Assembly (NCBI GenBank): GCA_002455955.1 | Contig: DKLZ01000047.1 | Span: 1-53,508 of the forward strand | Source of the DNA: Dehalococcoidia bacterium UBA6627 | GTDB taxonomy: Bacteria > Chloroflexota > Dehalococcoidia > UBA2979 | DNA length: 53,508 nt | Direction of reading: 5' to 3' | In this document: positions 26,851-37,388 of the stretch, piece after piece | How the letters are laid out: each line of letters opens with the position of its first letter | How positions within the stretch are numbered: position 1 is the first letter of the stretch | Notes under the pieces: model-generated | What the model saw: the letters and a program-made list of their open reading frames with translations, nothing else | What the model was told of the DNA's origin: nothing | The model's database searches: none | Translations under genes and position numbers: made by a program

Positions 26851-27750
26851 ATGATTTCTGAGATCTTCGATCCCGAGCGCTGGCGTGAAATCGAAAACTT
26901 TAGTTTTACCGACATCACTTACCATCGTGCTATCGACCAAGGGACCGTTCGCGTCGCCTTTAACCGTCCTGAGGTACGTAATGCTTTCCGCCCTCACACG
27001 GTAGACGAGCTTTATGTCGCACTCGATCACGCGCGACAATCTACCGAGATCGGAACAGTCCTGCTCACCGGTAACGGACCATCAAGTCGCGATGGCGGAT
27101 GGGCTTTTTGCTCTGGTGGCGATCAACGCATACGCGGCAAGGACGGCTACAAGTACGCCGAAGGAGAAACAGCAGAAGCAATCGACCCTGCAAAGGTCGG
27201 CCGACTACACATCCTTGAGGTACAGCGTTTGATCCGCTTTATGCCGAAAGTTGTCATTGCTGTTGTGCCTGGTTGGGCGGCAGGAGGAGGGCATAGCTTG
27301 CACGTCGCGTGCGACCTAACGCTCGCTTCAAAAGAGCACGCAGTTTTCAAGCAAACTGACGCCGACGTAGCGAGTTTTGATGCTGGCTTCGGTAGTGCGT
27401 ATCTAGCGCGTCAAGTTGGACAAAAGCGAGCTCGTGAAATCTTCTTTCTCGGGCAGGATTACACAGCTGACGAAGCAGAACAATGGGGAGCAATCAACAA
27501 ATCAGTCCCTCATCAAGAATTGGAATCGATAGCACTCGACTGGGCATTAACGATCAATTCGAAAAGCCCTACCGCGCAGCGGATGCTGAAATTCGCCTTC
27601 AATTTGATCGATGATGGATTAGTGGGGCAACAAATATTCGCGGGTGAGGCAACGCGACTTGGTTATGCCACTGACGAAGCACAAGAAGGGCGAGAAGCCT
27701 TTCTTGAAAAGAGGCCCGTCGATTACTCTCGTTTCCCATATCATTTTTAG
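26851..27750 (+). CDS. menB: 1,4-dihydroxy-2-naphthoyl-CoA synthase
   Basis: The crotonase fold with VAFNRPEVRNAFRP, FCSGGDQ and YKY is characteristic of MenB. GAGGAGG lies upstream of ATG 26851. Confidence 0.9.
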   Translation: MISEIFDPERWREIENFSFTDITYHRAIDQGTVRVAFNRPEVRNAFRPHTVDELYVALDHARQSTEIGTVLLTGNGPSSRDGGWAFCSGGDQRIRGKDGYKYAEGETAEAIDPAKVGRLHILEVQRLIRFMPKVVIAVVPGWAAGGGHSLHVACDLTLASKEHAVFKQTDADVASFDAGFGSAYLARQVGQKRAREIFFLGQDYTADEAEQWGAINKSVPHQELESIALDWALTINSKSPTAQRMLKFAFNLIDDGLVGQQIFAGEATRLGYATDEAQEGREAFLEKRPVDYSRFPYHF

Positions 27751-27879
27751 AAGTTTTTCAAATCTTATCCGCACAAACGCTCCGAAATTAGGTTATATCG
27801 GGAACGGAACGCTGTATGAGAAAGAATCTTTTGTCGCAACAATTCGCCGCGCACATTAAACCTTTCATATGCTGTCGAC

Positions 27880-28764
27880 ATGTCTGACTTACGCTTTCAC
27901 TCGCAACCTGAATTAGAACACCCGCTTGTGATTGCCGGATTTGCCGGGTGGAACGATGCCGGAGAGGTAGCTACTAGCGCCATTCGCTTCATTCGTCGTC
28001 GCTGGCGTGCTGAGCGATTTGCCGATATCGACCCTGAAGAGTTTTATGATTTCTCTCAAGCACGTCCTAAAGTTCGCCTCGAGAAAGGTGAGCGTAAATT
28101 GACATGGCCTACAAATGAATTTGCCGCTCACCAACTTGATGGGAGTAGACGTGACATCATCTTACTGAGCGGCATCGAACCTCATATAAACTGGCGACGA
28201 TTTGTAGCGAACATTGTTGATATTTGTAAAACTTACGAAGTAGCCACGTTTATCACACTTGGTGGATTGCTCGCGGAAGTCAGTCATACGAATGCGGTTC
28301 GCGTTGGAGGCTCTGCAACAGATCCAGAATTAGCTAAAGAACTTGGATTCACTGATGCCGAAACGCCTTCTTACCAGGGGCCGACTGGCATCGTGGGAGT
28401 ATTAACTAATGAATTACGTGCAGCTGGCATAGAAACAGCGTCAGTTTGGGCAAATGTTCCTTTTTACATCCAGCGCTCGCCTAATCCGAAAGGTGCTCTT
28501 GCCATCCTTCAACGTCTAAACTCCGCTTTCACTCTCGATCTCTCGTTGCACGATCTCGAAGTGTTTGCAGCACGCTTCGATGCGCAAGTAGCAGCCGATC
28601 TCGAACAAAACCCTGAAGCGTCAGCTCTCGCAAAGAGTATTGAAGAGCAACTCTCGACGGATTCGCTTGAGCAAATCGACGCCCAAGATGAACTTCCTGA
28701 CGCTGAATCAATGGTTAACGAACTAGAGCGCTTTTTAAAAGAACAGCTCGACGATCAGGACTAA
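27880..28764 (+). CDS. PAC2 (proteasome assembly chaperone 2) family protein
   Basis: The PLVIAGFAGWNDAGEVAT start and overall layout match the PAC2/ATP-grasp-like family common in Actinobacteria and Chloroflexota. Confidence 0.75.
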   Translation: MSDLRFHSQPELEHPLVIAGFAGWNDAGEVATSAIRFIRRRWRAERFADIDPEEFYDFSQARPKVRLEKGERKLTWPTNEFAAHQLDGSRRDIILLSGIEPHINWRRFVANIVDICKTYEVATFITLGGLLAEVSHTNAVRVGGSATDPELAKELGFTDAETPSYQGPTGIVGVLTNELRAAGIETASVWANVPFYIQRSPNPKGALAILQRLNSAFTLDLSLHDLEVFAARFDAQVAADLEQNPEASALAKSIEEQLSTDSLEQIDAQDELPDAESMVNELERFLKEQLDDQD

Positions 28765-29032
28765 AAGTGCGCTCTTCTTCACAGTCATTCCAAGTTCGTC
28801 ATTTCATATGTGTAGAGACCAGCACGCTTAAATAACTGTGTCTTATCTTGTTCTCAATCGCCTTACCACCGGCATTCCTAAAGCTGGAATACGGTCAACT
28901 ATTAGCCGACTTGCGCACTAGATCGTTAAAGGCAACGCGGGCGGAGCAGGCCGGCGGCTGCAATGTGAAATCAACGTGATCTTTGATTCGAATAAGATCC
29001 ACTGATATTGTGGTTTTCGATCAGTAACCGCT

Positions 29033-29065
29033 CCTTTAACCCGGTCCTGCGAGGCTGGAAAGAAG
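29033..29065 (+). promoter_or_regulatory. PyrR binding loop (pyr leader RNA element)
   Basis: CCUUUAACCCGGUCCUGCGAGGCUGGAAAGAAG resembles the PyrR-site consensus (UUUAA...GUCCAGAGAGGCU.G.AAG). It folds as a hairpin: CUUU/AAAG plus CCGG/CUGG plus CC/GG. Confidence 0.6.
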
Positions 29066-29127
29066 CACTATGAGTATTGAGCACGTGTATCTAACTATGA
29101 CCACCGCGCGCTACATGGTTGATCCTT

Positions 29128-29151
29128 CCCTCCCACAGCGGAGGGTTTTTT
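29128..29151 (+). terminator. attenuator hairpin plus U-tract immediately upstream of pyrR
   Basis: CCCTCC-cacagc-GGAGGG is followed by TTTTTT and then ATG at 29152. The 3' arm GGAGGG is also the only Shine-Dalgarno candidate for pyrR. Confidence 0.6.
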
Positions 29152-29763
29152 ATGACTAATCCTCTAGCCAATCCGAACAACTTAAACATTATGGGGGACT
29201 CCGGTAGTAGCGAAACTACTGCCGATAACGTAGAACCATTGCTAGACGAGGTCGGGATAAGGCGCACCGTAACCCGACTTGCGCACGAGATCGTTGAAGG
29301 TAACTCAGGCATAGAGAATCTAGTACTCGTTGGCATCCAACGGCGTGGAGTAACAATCGCTCGGCGAATCGCCTCCGAAATAGAAAAGTTTGAGAACACG
29401 CCTACCGTCGGATCACTAGACGTGACCATGCATCGAGATGACTTCGACCGCCGCGGGTTAAGAGGTACTCCTCTTCCTACGGTTTTACCCGAACTCGAGG
29501 GCCACGCGGTCATACTCATCGATGATGTACTGTTCACTGGACGGACGATTCGAGCTGCACTTGACGCTATCAACGACTACGGACGCCCGAAACACATACG
29601 CCTTGCTGTCTTAGTGGACCGTGGCCATCGCGAACTCCCGATCCGTGCTGACATCGTCGGTAAAAACATTCCTACAGCTCGTGAAGATGACGTTCGTGTC
29701 CTCTTAGTAGAGGACGACGGCCGTGATGCAGTGATTGTTACCGACAGAGGAAACGACGCATGA
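29152..29763 (+). CDS. pyrR: bifunctional pyr operon regulator / uracil phosphoribosyltransferase PyrR
   Basis: It contains LAHEIVE, LVGIQRRG, the VILIDDVLFTGRT PRPP motif and VLVDRGHRELPIRAD. Start at ATG 29152 (alternative ATG 29191); the track ORF starts at 29119. Confidence 0.9.
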   Translation: MTNPLANPNNLNIMGDSGSSETTADNVEPLLDEVGIRRTVTRLAHEIVEGNSGIENLVLVGIQRRGVTIARRIASEIEKFENTPTVGSLDVTMHRDDFDRRGLRGTPLPTVLPELEGHAVILIDDVLFTGRTIRAALDAINDYGRPKHIRLAVLVDRGHRELPIRADIVGKNIPTAREDDVRVLLVEDDGRDAVIVTDRGNDA

Positions 29764-30815
29764 CTGCTAAAGCAAATCTTGATATCCACGCGATTCCTGA
29801 AGAAGGAACCACATCTTCTCATCTTCCTTCAGGTCGCTGGCCGCATCACGACATGCTCGATCTTGATAATTGCAGGCGCCCTGACATTGAGGTTGTCCTC
29901 ACTCTCGCTGATCGTATGAGGGAGATTCTCGACCGTAGGATTCCACGCGTACCTGCTCTGCGTGGATACACCATCGTCAATCTCTTCTATGAGCCATCAA
30001 CAAGAACTCGTGTCTCTTTCGAGTTAGCAGGGAAGGTGCTCGGAGCTGACATAATCAGTGTGAGCACAAACACCTCGTCGGTGGTCAAGGGCGAATCTCT
30101 GATTGATACCGTACGCACACTCCGCGCCATGCGATCCGATGCTGTAGTAATGCGGCATCCAATGGCAGGCGCACCTTACCTCGCTGCTCAACACACAGAT
30201 GCGTCCATCATCAATGCAGGCGATGGAGCACATGCACACCCAACTCAAGCCCTCCTGGATCTTTACACCATGCATCGCTCTATTGGAGATATCGCCGGCA
30301 AAAAGATCGTAATGGTTGGTGACATAGCTCATTCTCGTGTAGCACGCTCAGACTTGTGGGGACTCACAACAATGGGTGCACATGTTGTTGTTTGTGGCCC
30401 ACCGACGCTCCTCGCTCTTGGAATGCGCGTCAGTGATCGTCCGTCCCATGCTGAAAATGCACTCCCGCCAGTGACAATAGAAACTAATATCGATCAAGCG
30501 ATCGAAGATGCCGATGTTGTGATGGCACTTCGATTACAAAGTGAACGGCAGGAAGGTGGTCTACTCCCTTCCTTGCACGAATACGCCACCCACTACCAGG
30601 TAACAGCAGAGCGTCTAGCACGTGCAAAACCCGACCACCTCCTGATGCACCCTGGTCCAAAAAACGAGGGCATTGAGATTGCTGCTGATGTTGCAGGAGG
30701 TTCGCATTCAATCATCGAGGATCAGGTAACAAACGGTGTCGCCGTCAGGATGGCACTTTTATACCTCCTATCTGGACGGATCGAACCAGAAGAAGTTACG
30801 GAATTATCAACGTGA
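29760..30815 (+). CDS. pyrB: aspartate carbamoyltransferase catalytic subunit
   Basis: It has the STRTR and HPTQ motifs. The ATGA start/stop overlap with pyrR supports the start, which gives an N-terminal extension of about 30 aa. Confidence 0.9.
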   Translation: MTAKANLDIHAIPEEGTTSSHLPSGRWPHHDMLDLDNCRRPDIEVVLTLADRMREILDRRIPRVPALRGYTIVNLFYEPSTRTRVSFELAGKVLGADIISVSTNTSSVVKGESLIDTVRTLRAMRSDAVVMRHPMAGAPYLAAQHTDASIINAGDGAHAHPTQALLDLYTMHRSIGDIAGKKIVMVGDIAHSRVARSDLWGLTTMGAHVVVCGPPTLLALGMRVSDRPSHAENALPPVTIETNIDQAIEDADVVMALRLQSERQEGGLLPSLHEYATHYQVTAERLARAKPDHLLMHPGPKNEGIEIAADVAGGSHSIIEDQVTNGVAVRMALLYLLSGRIEPEEVTELST

Positions 30816-32158
30816 GTACGGTGGCCATCCATAACGGACGTGTAATCGATCCTGCACTTAGTCGGGACGGCATCGCTGATGTGGTCATCGTTGATGGTCG
30901 TGTCGCCCGAGTCGGACCGAATGAAGGCGAGATGGTAGTCGAAGCAGATCGTATAGACGCTACAGGCCTCATCGTCACCCCCGGGTTCGTTGATCTACAA
31001 GTCCATCTTCGTGAGCCAGGAGCTGAGCATCAGGAAACTATCGCAAGCGGTACGAAAGCAGCGGCACGAGGTGGCTTTACGACTATATGCGCTATGCCTG
31101 GCACTGACCCACCCATTGACAGTCGTGCCGCTGTCGAATCTGTACTTCGAGAAGCTGAAGCTTCGGCTGCAATCCGTGTGTTGCCTCTAGGTTGCATCAG
31201 CGCGAATCGAGCTGGTGAATTACTAGCACCGGCTGGTGAGTTGGCCGGTGCGGGGGTAGTTGCGCTTACAGACGATGGTCAAGCCGTTGCCGATCCGAAT
31301 TTAATGCGTCACGCAATGCAGTATTCCACTCGTTTCGGACTACCCATCGCCCAGCATCCGGAGGACCCCGCTCTCGTTGCTGGAGGGCAAATGCATGAAG
31401 GTTGGGTCGCTACCCGTCTAGGGCTCCGGGGCCGCCCAGCTAGCGGCGAAGCAACAATGGTGGCACGCGATATCGCTCTCGCGGAGCTCACTGGCGCACA
31501 CCTGCACGTCTGCGACGTTTCAACAGCAGGATCTGTCGCACTCATCCGAGCGGCGCGCGAGCGGGGTGTACACATCACAGCTTCAGCAACACCACATCAC
31601 CTAACACTCACACATGAGCGTGTAGCTTTTGCAGAATCTTCATATGAGCAGATTCAGTACGACTCCAGTGCAAAAGTGTTTCCACCGTTACGCGAGGAGT
31701 CCGACATTACTGAAATCGCCAAAGCATTGAGAGATGGCGTTGTCGACGCAATTACAACTGATCACACTCCGGTGAGCTCTATGGAGAAAGACATCGAATT
31801 TGATCTTGCCATTCCAGGGATAAGTGGGCTCGAAACAGCTTTCGGACTGAGTATGCGTCTCGTCGAAAGGCAACAAGTGGACTTAGCTACACTGATCGAG
31901 CGCTTCACGATCGGGCCCGTTCGTGCATGGGCATTAGACCGTCAACCTGGCCTCGAGGGCTTGGGCTCATTAACACCAGGTGGAGTTGGAGATCTTCTCG
32001 TAATTGATCCGGCCGTTGAATGGACAGTCGACCCTGAGAATTTTTCTTCCCTCGGGCGAAATACACCGCTCGCAGGCGAAACTTTGACGGGGCAGGTCAT
32101 CGCGACCATTTTCGATGGCCAACTCGCCTATAAAAACAAATCTTTGACAGCATTATGA
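30812..32158 (+). CDS. pyrC: dihydroorotase (class I)
   Basis: The DLQVHLREPG metal-binding motif is present. The GTG start overlaps the pyrB stop (GTGA). Confidence 0.9.
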   Translation: MSTVAIHNGRVIDPALSRDGIADVVIVDGRVARVGPNEGEMVVEADRIDATGLIVTPGFVDLQVHLREPGAEHQETIASGTKAAARGGFTTICAMPGTDPPIDSRAAVESVLREAEASAAIRVLPLGCISANRAGELLAPAGELAGAGVVALTDDGQAVADPNLMRHAMQYSTRFGLPIAQHPEDPALVAGGQMHEGWVATRLGLRGRPASGEATMVARDIALAELTGAHLHVCDVSTAGSVALIRAARERGVHITASATPHHLTLTHERVAFAESSYEQIQYDSSAKVFPPLREESDITEIAKALRDGVVDAITTDHTPVSSMEKDIEFDLAIPGISGLETAFGLSMRLVERQQVDLATLIERFTIGPVRAWALDRQPGLEGLGSLTPGGVGDLLVIDPAVEWTVDPENFSSLGRNTPLAGETLTGQVIATIFDGQLAYKNKSLTAL

Positions 32159-32179
32159 TCGAGGGATGCTAAGCCAATC

Positions 32180-33307
32180 ATGACGACTGATGACACACCT
32201 TCATTGTTCACCAACCGCCCGCCTGCACGTCTCGTTCTTGCGGACGGTCGTTACTTCGATGGAGTCTCCATCGGCAAGGCAGCACGTACGACAGGTGAAG
32301 TAGTCTTCACGACATCGATGACCGGATATCAGGAAGCGCTCACTGACCCTTCCTACCGCGGACAAATATTGACCATGACATATCCGATCCAAGGCAACTA
32401 TGGAACGAGTGCACGCTCTGCAGAGAGTAATCACCTCCAAGTACGTGGTTTCGTCGTTCGTGAGCTCACCGATCTGCCATCGCACTGGCAAAGCTCATCG
32501 ACACTAAACCACTACCTTGAGCACCATCAGATCCCCGGTATAGCTGAAATAGATACTCGAGCTCTCACACGTCACCTCCGATCACGGGGGGTGATCATGG
32601 GAACGATCACCCATGATGAGACCGTAGACGAAGCTCTTACGCGCCTTCAAAATGAACCAAACTACGAAGGGCAAGACTATGTCAGCAACGTTTCTACACC
32701 CAATCGATACCAGTTCAACGCCGACAACCCAGCTCCAAGTGGAGACCAGATCCACGTCGTTGTCTTAGATCTCGGAGTAAAGCGCAACATCATGCGGCTC
32801 CTCCACCAGCGTGGCTGCAGGATCACCGCAGTACCACACGACACTCACGCTGAAGAAATCATGGCTTTGAAACCCGCAGGTGTTTTGATTTCTCCAGGTC
32901 CGGGTGATCCAACACTCCTTGATAACGTTGTCGACACTGCCAGAGAACTGATCGGCCAAACTCCCATCATGGGTATTTGCCTAGGGCATCAGGTGGTCGG
33001 ACGAGTATTTGGTGCCGGCGTATATAAATTAAAGTTTGGACACCGTGGTGCGAATCACCCAATCCGAGATGAAATTACGGGACGAGTTTTCGTTACTTCT
33101 CAAAATCATGGATTCGCCATCGACGATCACCTTGATAGTGACGTTACTGTCTCTCAGATTCATCTAAATGACGGCACAGTAGAAGGACTGCAGCATTCAA
33201 AAGAACCAGTATTTACGATCCAATATCACTCTGAGGCCTCTCCAGGGCCTAACGACACAGAATTCTTATTTGACCGATTCATGGCCACTGTCCGAGGAGA
33301 CGCATAG
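32180..33307 (+). CDS. carA: carbamoyl-phosphate synthase small (glutaminase) subunit
   Basis: It has an N-terminal CPSase small-chain domain and a class I amidotransferase domain with the GICLGHQ active site. Confidence 0.95.
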   Translation: MTTDDTPSLFTNRPPARLVLADGRYFDGVSIGKAARTTGEVVFTTSMTGYQEALTDPSYRGQILTMTYPIQGNYGTSARSAESNHLQVRGFVVRELTDLPSHWQSSSTLNHYLEHHQIPGIAEIDTRALTRHLRSRGVIMGTITHDETVDEALTRLQNEPNYEGQDYVSNVSTPNRYQFNADNPAPSGDQIHVVVLDLGVKRNIMRLLHQRGCRITAVPHDTHAEEIMALKPAGVLISPGPGDPTLLDNVVDTARELIGQTPIMGICLGHQVVGRVFGAGVYKLKFGHRGANHPIRDEITGRVFVTSQNHGFAIDDHLDSDVTVSQIHLNDGTVEGLQHSKEPVFTIQYHSEASPGPNDTEFLFDRFMATVRGDA

Positions 33308-33337
33308 CATCTGTTACCGCGAGGCCAAAGAATAACT

Positions 33338-34084
33338 ATGAATGACTTAACCGAAACTTATCGAGAATCGAGGGGACGTGATTGGGCTGCGTTTGGCAAC
33401 GTTTCGGATCCGCCTCCTGATTATTGGAATTGGTGGGAAGAACATTCGAGCGGTTGGAAAGTCCCCATTCAATTCTTACAGCCTATCGGACAAGAATTCC
33501 GGTCCGAATTGGATGCGTTAAACGACCTCATGCAGTCTCTGAACGCGATGGAGCAAGTCTCGACCCCACCTATCGAATGGATCCACATCACCTATATCGA
33601 CGTGGGGTTTTTACGACCAACTGATGTGCTTTGGTCTCAAGTTGAGTCATTTTATGTGAATGCTGCTCCGCGAATTCGGCGAGTTGAACCATTTTCGATC
33701 CGTATCACTGGCCTTTCAATTTCCGAAGATGGTGAAATTTACCTTGGCGTGGATGACAGTGGTAACTATCGTTCATTGCGTCGTCAAATTAGACTCGGAG
33801 TTCCATTCATCGCGCAAAAGGCAAATGAGGACTCAGCAGTTATCTCCGACGAGGACATGTTTATTCCTCGATTACCGATAGGGTTCACTACCGGACATGG
33901 CAACCGAAAAGAGTTACTCGATAATTTATCGGAGTATCGGGATATTGATCTTGGCGAATTTATCCCTCCGAATATGAAATTGGCCCGGCTTCCAATTCAA
34001 CCACACGATCATTACAGCCCAATCGATGTCGTTGCAGAGATTCCGCTCCTTGGAGCAAACCACCGCAAGGGGTACCACAACTGA
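33338..34084 (+). CDS. hypothetical protein inserted between carA and carB
   Basis: A 248-aa ORF with no overlapping competitor. It has one HxT motif (WIHITY) and a degenerate second one (PRLPIGFT), faintly reminiscent of the 2H phosphoesterase fold. Family not recognised. Confidence 0.5.
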   Translation: MNDLTETYRESRGRDWAAFGNVSDPPPDYWNWWEEHSSGWKVPIQFLQPIGQEFRSELDALNDLMQSLNAMEQVSTPPIEWIHITYIDVGFLRPTDVLWSQVESFYVNAAPRIRRVEPFSIRITGLSISEDGEIYLGVDDSGNYRSLRRQIRLGVPFIAQKANEDSAVISDEDMFIPRLPIGFTTGHGNRKELLDNLSEYRDIDLGEFIPPNMKLARLPIQPHDHYSPIDVVAEIPLLGANHRKGYHN

Positions 34085-37000
34085 CTACTGCAACTTCACC
34101 TACAAAACACCTCGACCGACCTCCGACTCCCAAATCGGTCCTGATTATTGGAAGCGGACCAATAGTCATCGGTCAAGCAGCGGAGTTTGATTACGCGGGA
34201 ACGCAAGCGTGTAAAGCCATGCGCGAGGAAGGTATCCGTTCGATCCTCGTTAATTCGAACCCCGCGACAATTATGACTGACGACGGCGTTGCCGATGTCA
34301 TATACATCGAACCGCTCACAGTTCCGGTCATTGAACGAATTATCGAACGTGAACAGCCGGACGCACTACTTCCAACGCTGGGAGGACAAACTGGCCTAAA
34401 CCTTGCACGAGAACTCGCGGAGGCCGGTGTACTCGAACGTCATGAGGTTCAACTTCTTGGATCCTCAGTAGAAACGATCAAACTTGCAGAAGACCGCGAA
34501 TTGTTTCGCAATTTGCTCATGGAAATTGGGGAACCGACCCCGAAAAGTGCAATTGTTGAATCATGGAATGATGCGATCGCTGCACGATCGGAGATCGGCC
34601 TACCTCTCGTTATTAGACCGGCCTATACCTTAGGTGGCACCGGTGGCGGCATCGCATATACAGATGATGATTACGAGCAGATCGTTCGAAATGGCCTCGA
34701 TGCTTCTCCTATTACACAAGTACTCGTAGAAGAATCGCTTCTTGGGTGGAAAGAACTTGAATACGAGGTGATGCGCGATGCCAACGATACTTGCATCACT
34801 ATCTGCAACATGGAGAACCTCGATCCGATGGGCGTCCACACAGGAGACTCGATCGTCGTGGCTCCTTCGCAGAGCCTCTCTGATCGCGATTACCAAATGC
34901 TGCGGAACAGCGCACTGAAGATCATCCGCGCCCTCGGTATAGAAGGTGGATGCAATGTCCAATTCGCCCTAGCGCCGCGTCCGGATATCGTTCCGTGGGA
35001 CGCATCTGATAACGCCACTGATCCTCCTTACCATGTGATTGAAGTAAACCCGCGAGTCTCGCGATCTTCTGCCCTTGCGTCTAAGGCCACTGGTTACCCC
35101 ATTGCACGCGTTGCAGCAAAAATCGCTGTTGGAAGATATCTCCATGAGATCGCAAACAGTGTTACAGAACGAACCACAGCTGCGTTCGAGCCTGCACTCG
35201 ACTATTGCGTTGTGAAGATTCCACGCTGGCCGTTCGACAAGTTTCAGATCGGTGACCGCTCCTTAGGCACGCAAATGAAGGCAACGGGCGAGGTAATGGC
35301 TATCGATCGAACCTTTGAAGCAGCTCTAGGCAAGGCTATCCGGTCTCTAGAATTTGGTAATCGCTCGATGCTCTGGGAGCATCCCGACTGGGGTGATAGA
35401 CCACCCTTAGAGGCAACGGACGAGCGCCTCTGGGCACTCTTCGCCGCGATTCGACGACGGATCCCCTTAGACCAGATCTCTAGAGATAGCGGTGTCGACC
35501 CTTGGTTCATTGAAAGAATTGGGCGAATGGTCGAAATGGAAAGACGGATGCTCGCCGAAGAACTCACTCCACAACTGATGCGTGATGCGAAGCGTCTTGG
35601 TTTCGGCGATGGCCAAATCGCCACACTTGCCGATCGATTACCCGCGCAGGTTCGTTCGTTAAGAGATGAATGGGATATCCATCCTGCATACAAGATGGTC
35701 GATACTTGTGCTGCAGAATTCGATGCAGTGACTCCCTATTTCTACGCAACATACGACGAAGAAAATGAAGCGCCACCCACGTCTGGCGAAAAAATGCTTG
35801 TTATCGGTTCTGGGCCCATACGTATAGGTCAAGGTATCGAATTTGACTACTGTTCGGTTCAGGCTGCTTGGGCATTACAGGAAGCGGGTGTAGGGGCAAT
35901 CTTAGCAAATTCCAACCCCGAAACTGTATCGACCGACTTCGATACATCTGACCGTCTTTATTTTGAACCACTCGATGAAGAAGCAGTCCGCGATCTGCTC
36001 GAAAATGAAGCGGGGGTTGATGGAGAAGCTCCCCATTCAGTTGTGCAATTCGGTGGTCAGACTGCGGTAAACATGGCAAGTGTGCTCGCAAATGCTGCTC
36101 TACCTATTGCTGGATCATCAGCCGACGCCATCGATATAGCGGAGAACCGTGGTCGATTTGAAGCCATGCTCTCTGAACTTGAAGTTCCACAACCACCTGG
36201 TGCAGGTGTCGAAACTTTAGAGGACGCACTGACAAGTGCCGACGCAATCGGATATCCAGTCCTAGTCCGTCCTTCTTACGTCCTCGGTGGACGTGCAATG
36301 GCTATCGTCCAGAATGCCAATGAGCTAGTCCGCTACTTCCAGGCAGCACTCGAAGAACACAGTGGCGTCATCCTAATCGACAAATATCTGAGCGGCGGTG
36401 AATTTGAAGTCGACGCTATATGCGACGGTAAGGACGTCTTAATACCTGGGATCATGGAACATATCGAACGCGCTGGCGTCCATTCCGGAGATTCGATGGC
36501 CGTTTATCCACCTCAGAACCTCACCGACGACCAGCAGGCAGCAATAATCGCATACACGACGAAGATGGCACTCGGGCTCGAAGTCCGAGGACTGATGAAT
36601 GTCCAGTTTGTCATCGCACCAGAAGCTCAACCAGATGGCCCTGGCGTTTTTGTCATCGAAGTGAACCCTCGTTCCTCTCGGACCGTTCCCTTCATATCGA
36701 AAGTGACGGGAGTACCTCTGGTACGACTTGCGGTTAATGTCGGTCTCGGAAAATCACTTCACGACCAAGGTTACGAAGGCGGGCTGTGGCCTGCAGGTAG
36801 CCTGATCGCCGTGAAGGCCCCGGTCTTCTCAATGTCAAAACTCATCGGTGTCGACACGCATCTGGGCCCTGAGATGAAATCTACAGGAGAGGTGATGGGC
36901 GTTGATTATGAATTTGCAGCTGCTCTATCTAAAGCGCTAATCGCATCAGACTTAGTTGTCGCACCACAGACACCATTCCTGCTATCCCTTTCAAATCACA

Positions 37001-37386
37001 CCAAGACTGAGGCTATTCCACTCGTCAAATTGTTGCATAGAGCGGGATGTCCTCTTTTCGCCACTGAAGGAACAGCGGCCCTCATTAGTGGGTTAGATAT
37101 TCCTGTAACTCCAGTCACTAAGTTACTCGCAGGGCACCCAAATGTTGTCGATGTAATACGAAACGGTACTGTAGGTGCGGTGATAAACACGTTGGAAGGA
37201 GATCGCAACGATCCATTGCGCGATGGGTTTCATATTCGTCGTGCTGCGACCGAGCAAAGAATCCCCTGCTTCACATCGCTAGACACAGCGAATGCTGCTG
37301 TTACCGCCTTATCTGCCCCAACTGAATATCAAATCCAACCTTTGCAGCAATATCGAGACCACCCCTCAAGGAGAACCGGCCATTAA
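34081..37386 (+). CDS. carB: carbamoyl-phosphate synthase large subunit (start codon non-canonical/uncertain)
   Basis: Unmistakable CarB sequence. The conserved N-terminal [29 protein letters not shown] lies in frame upstream of the first ATG (34219), and no ATG/GTG/TTG occurs between the upstream stop (33946-33948) and 34219. CTG 34081 has AAGGGG 8 nt upstream and overlaps the upstream TGA. Confidence 0.85.
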   Translation: MTTATSPTKHLDRPPTPKSVLIIGSGPIVIGQAAEFDYAGTQACKAMREEGIRSILVNSNPATIMTDDGVADVIYIEPLTVPVIERIIEREQPDALLPTLGGQTGLNLARELAEAGVLERHEVQLLGSSVETIKLAEDRELFRNLLMEIGEPTPKSAIVESWNDAIAARSEIGLPLVIRPAYTLGGTGGGIAYTDDDYEQIVRNGLDASPITQVLVEESLLGWKELEYEVMRDANDTCITICNMENLDPMGVHTGDSIVVAPSQSLSDRDYQMLRNSALKIIRALGIEGGCNVQFALAPRPDIVPWDASDNATDPPYHVIEVNPRVSRSSALASKATGYPIARVAAKIAVGRYLHEIANSVTERTTAAFEPALDYCVVKIPRWPFDKFQIGDRSLGTQMKATGEVMAIDRTFEAALGKAIRSLEFGNRSMLWEHPDWGDRPPLEATDERLWALFAAIRRRIPLDQISRDSGVDPWFIERIGRMVEMERRMLAEELTPQLMRDAKRLGFGDGQIATLADRLPAQVRSLRDEWDIHPAYKMVDTCAAEFDAVTPYFYATYDEENEAPPTSGEKMLVIGSGPIRIGQGIEFDYCSVQAAWALQEAGVGAILANSNPETVSTDFDTSDRLYFEPLDEEAVRDLLENEAGVDGEAPHSVVQFGGQTAVNMASVLANAALPIAGSSADAIDIAENRGRFEAMLSELEVPQPPGAGVETLEDALTSADAIGYPVLVRPSYVLGGRAMAIVQNANELVRYFQAALEEHSGVILIDKYLSGGEFEVDAICDGKDVLIPGIMEHIERAGVHSGDSMAVYPPQNLTDDQQAAIIAYTTKMALGLEVRGLMNVQFVIAPEAQPDGPGVFVIEVNPRSSRTVPFISKVTGVPLVRLAVNVGLGKSLHDQGYEGGLWPAGSLIAVKAPVFSMSKLIGVDTHLGPEMKSTGEVMGVDYEFAAALSKALIASDLVVAPQTPFLLSLSNHTKTEAIPLVKLLHRAGCPLFATEGTAALISGLDIPVTPVTKLLAGHPNVVDVIRNGTVGAVINTLEGDRNDPLRDGFHIRRAATEQRIPCFTSLDTANAAVTALSAPTEYQIQPLQQYRDHPSRRTGH

Positions 37387-37388
37387 TT

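Noticed and set aside
33949-34084. Programmed -1 frameshift fusing the inserted 248-aa ORF to CarB
   Set aside because: The carB frame is -1 relative to the ORF and open from 33949. However, reading the zero frame codon by codon I found no X XXY YYZ slippery heptamer in this interval. A CTG start with an SD-like AAGGGG upstream is the simpler explanation.
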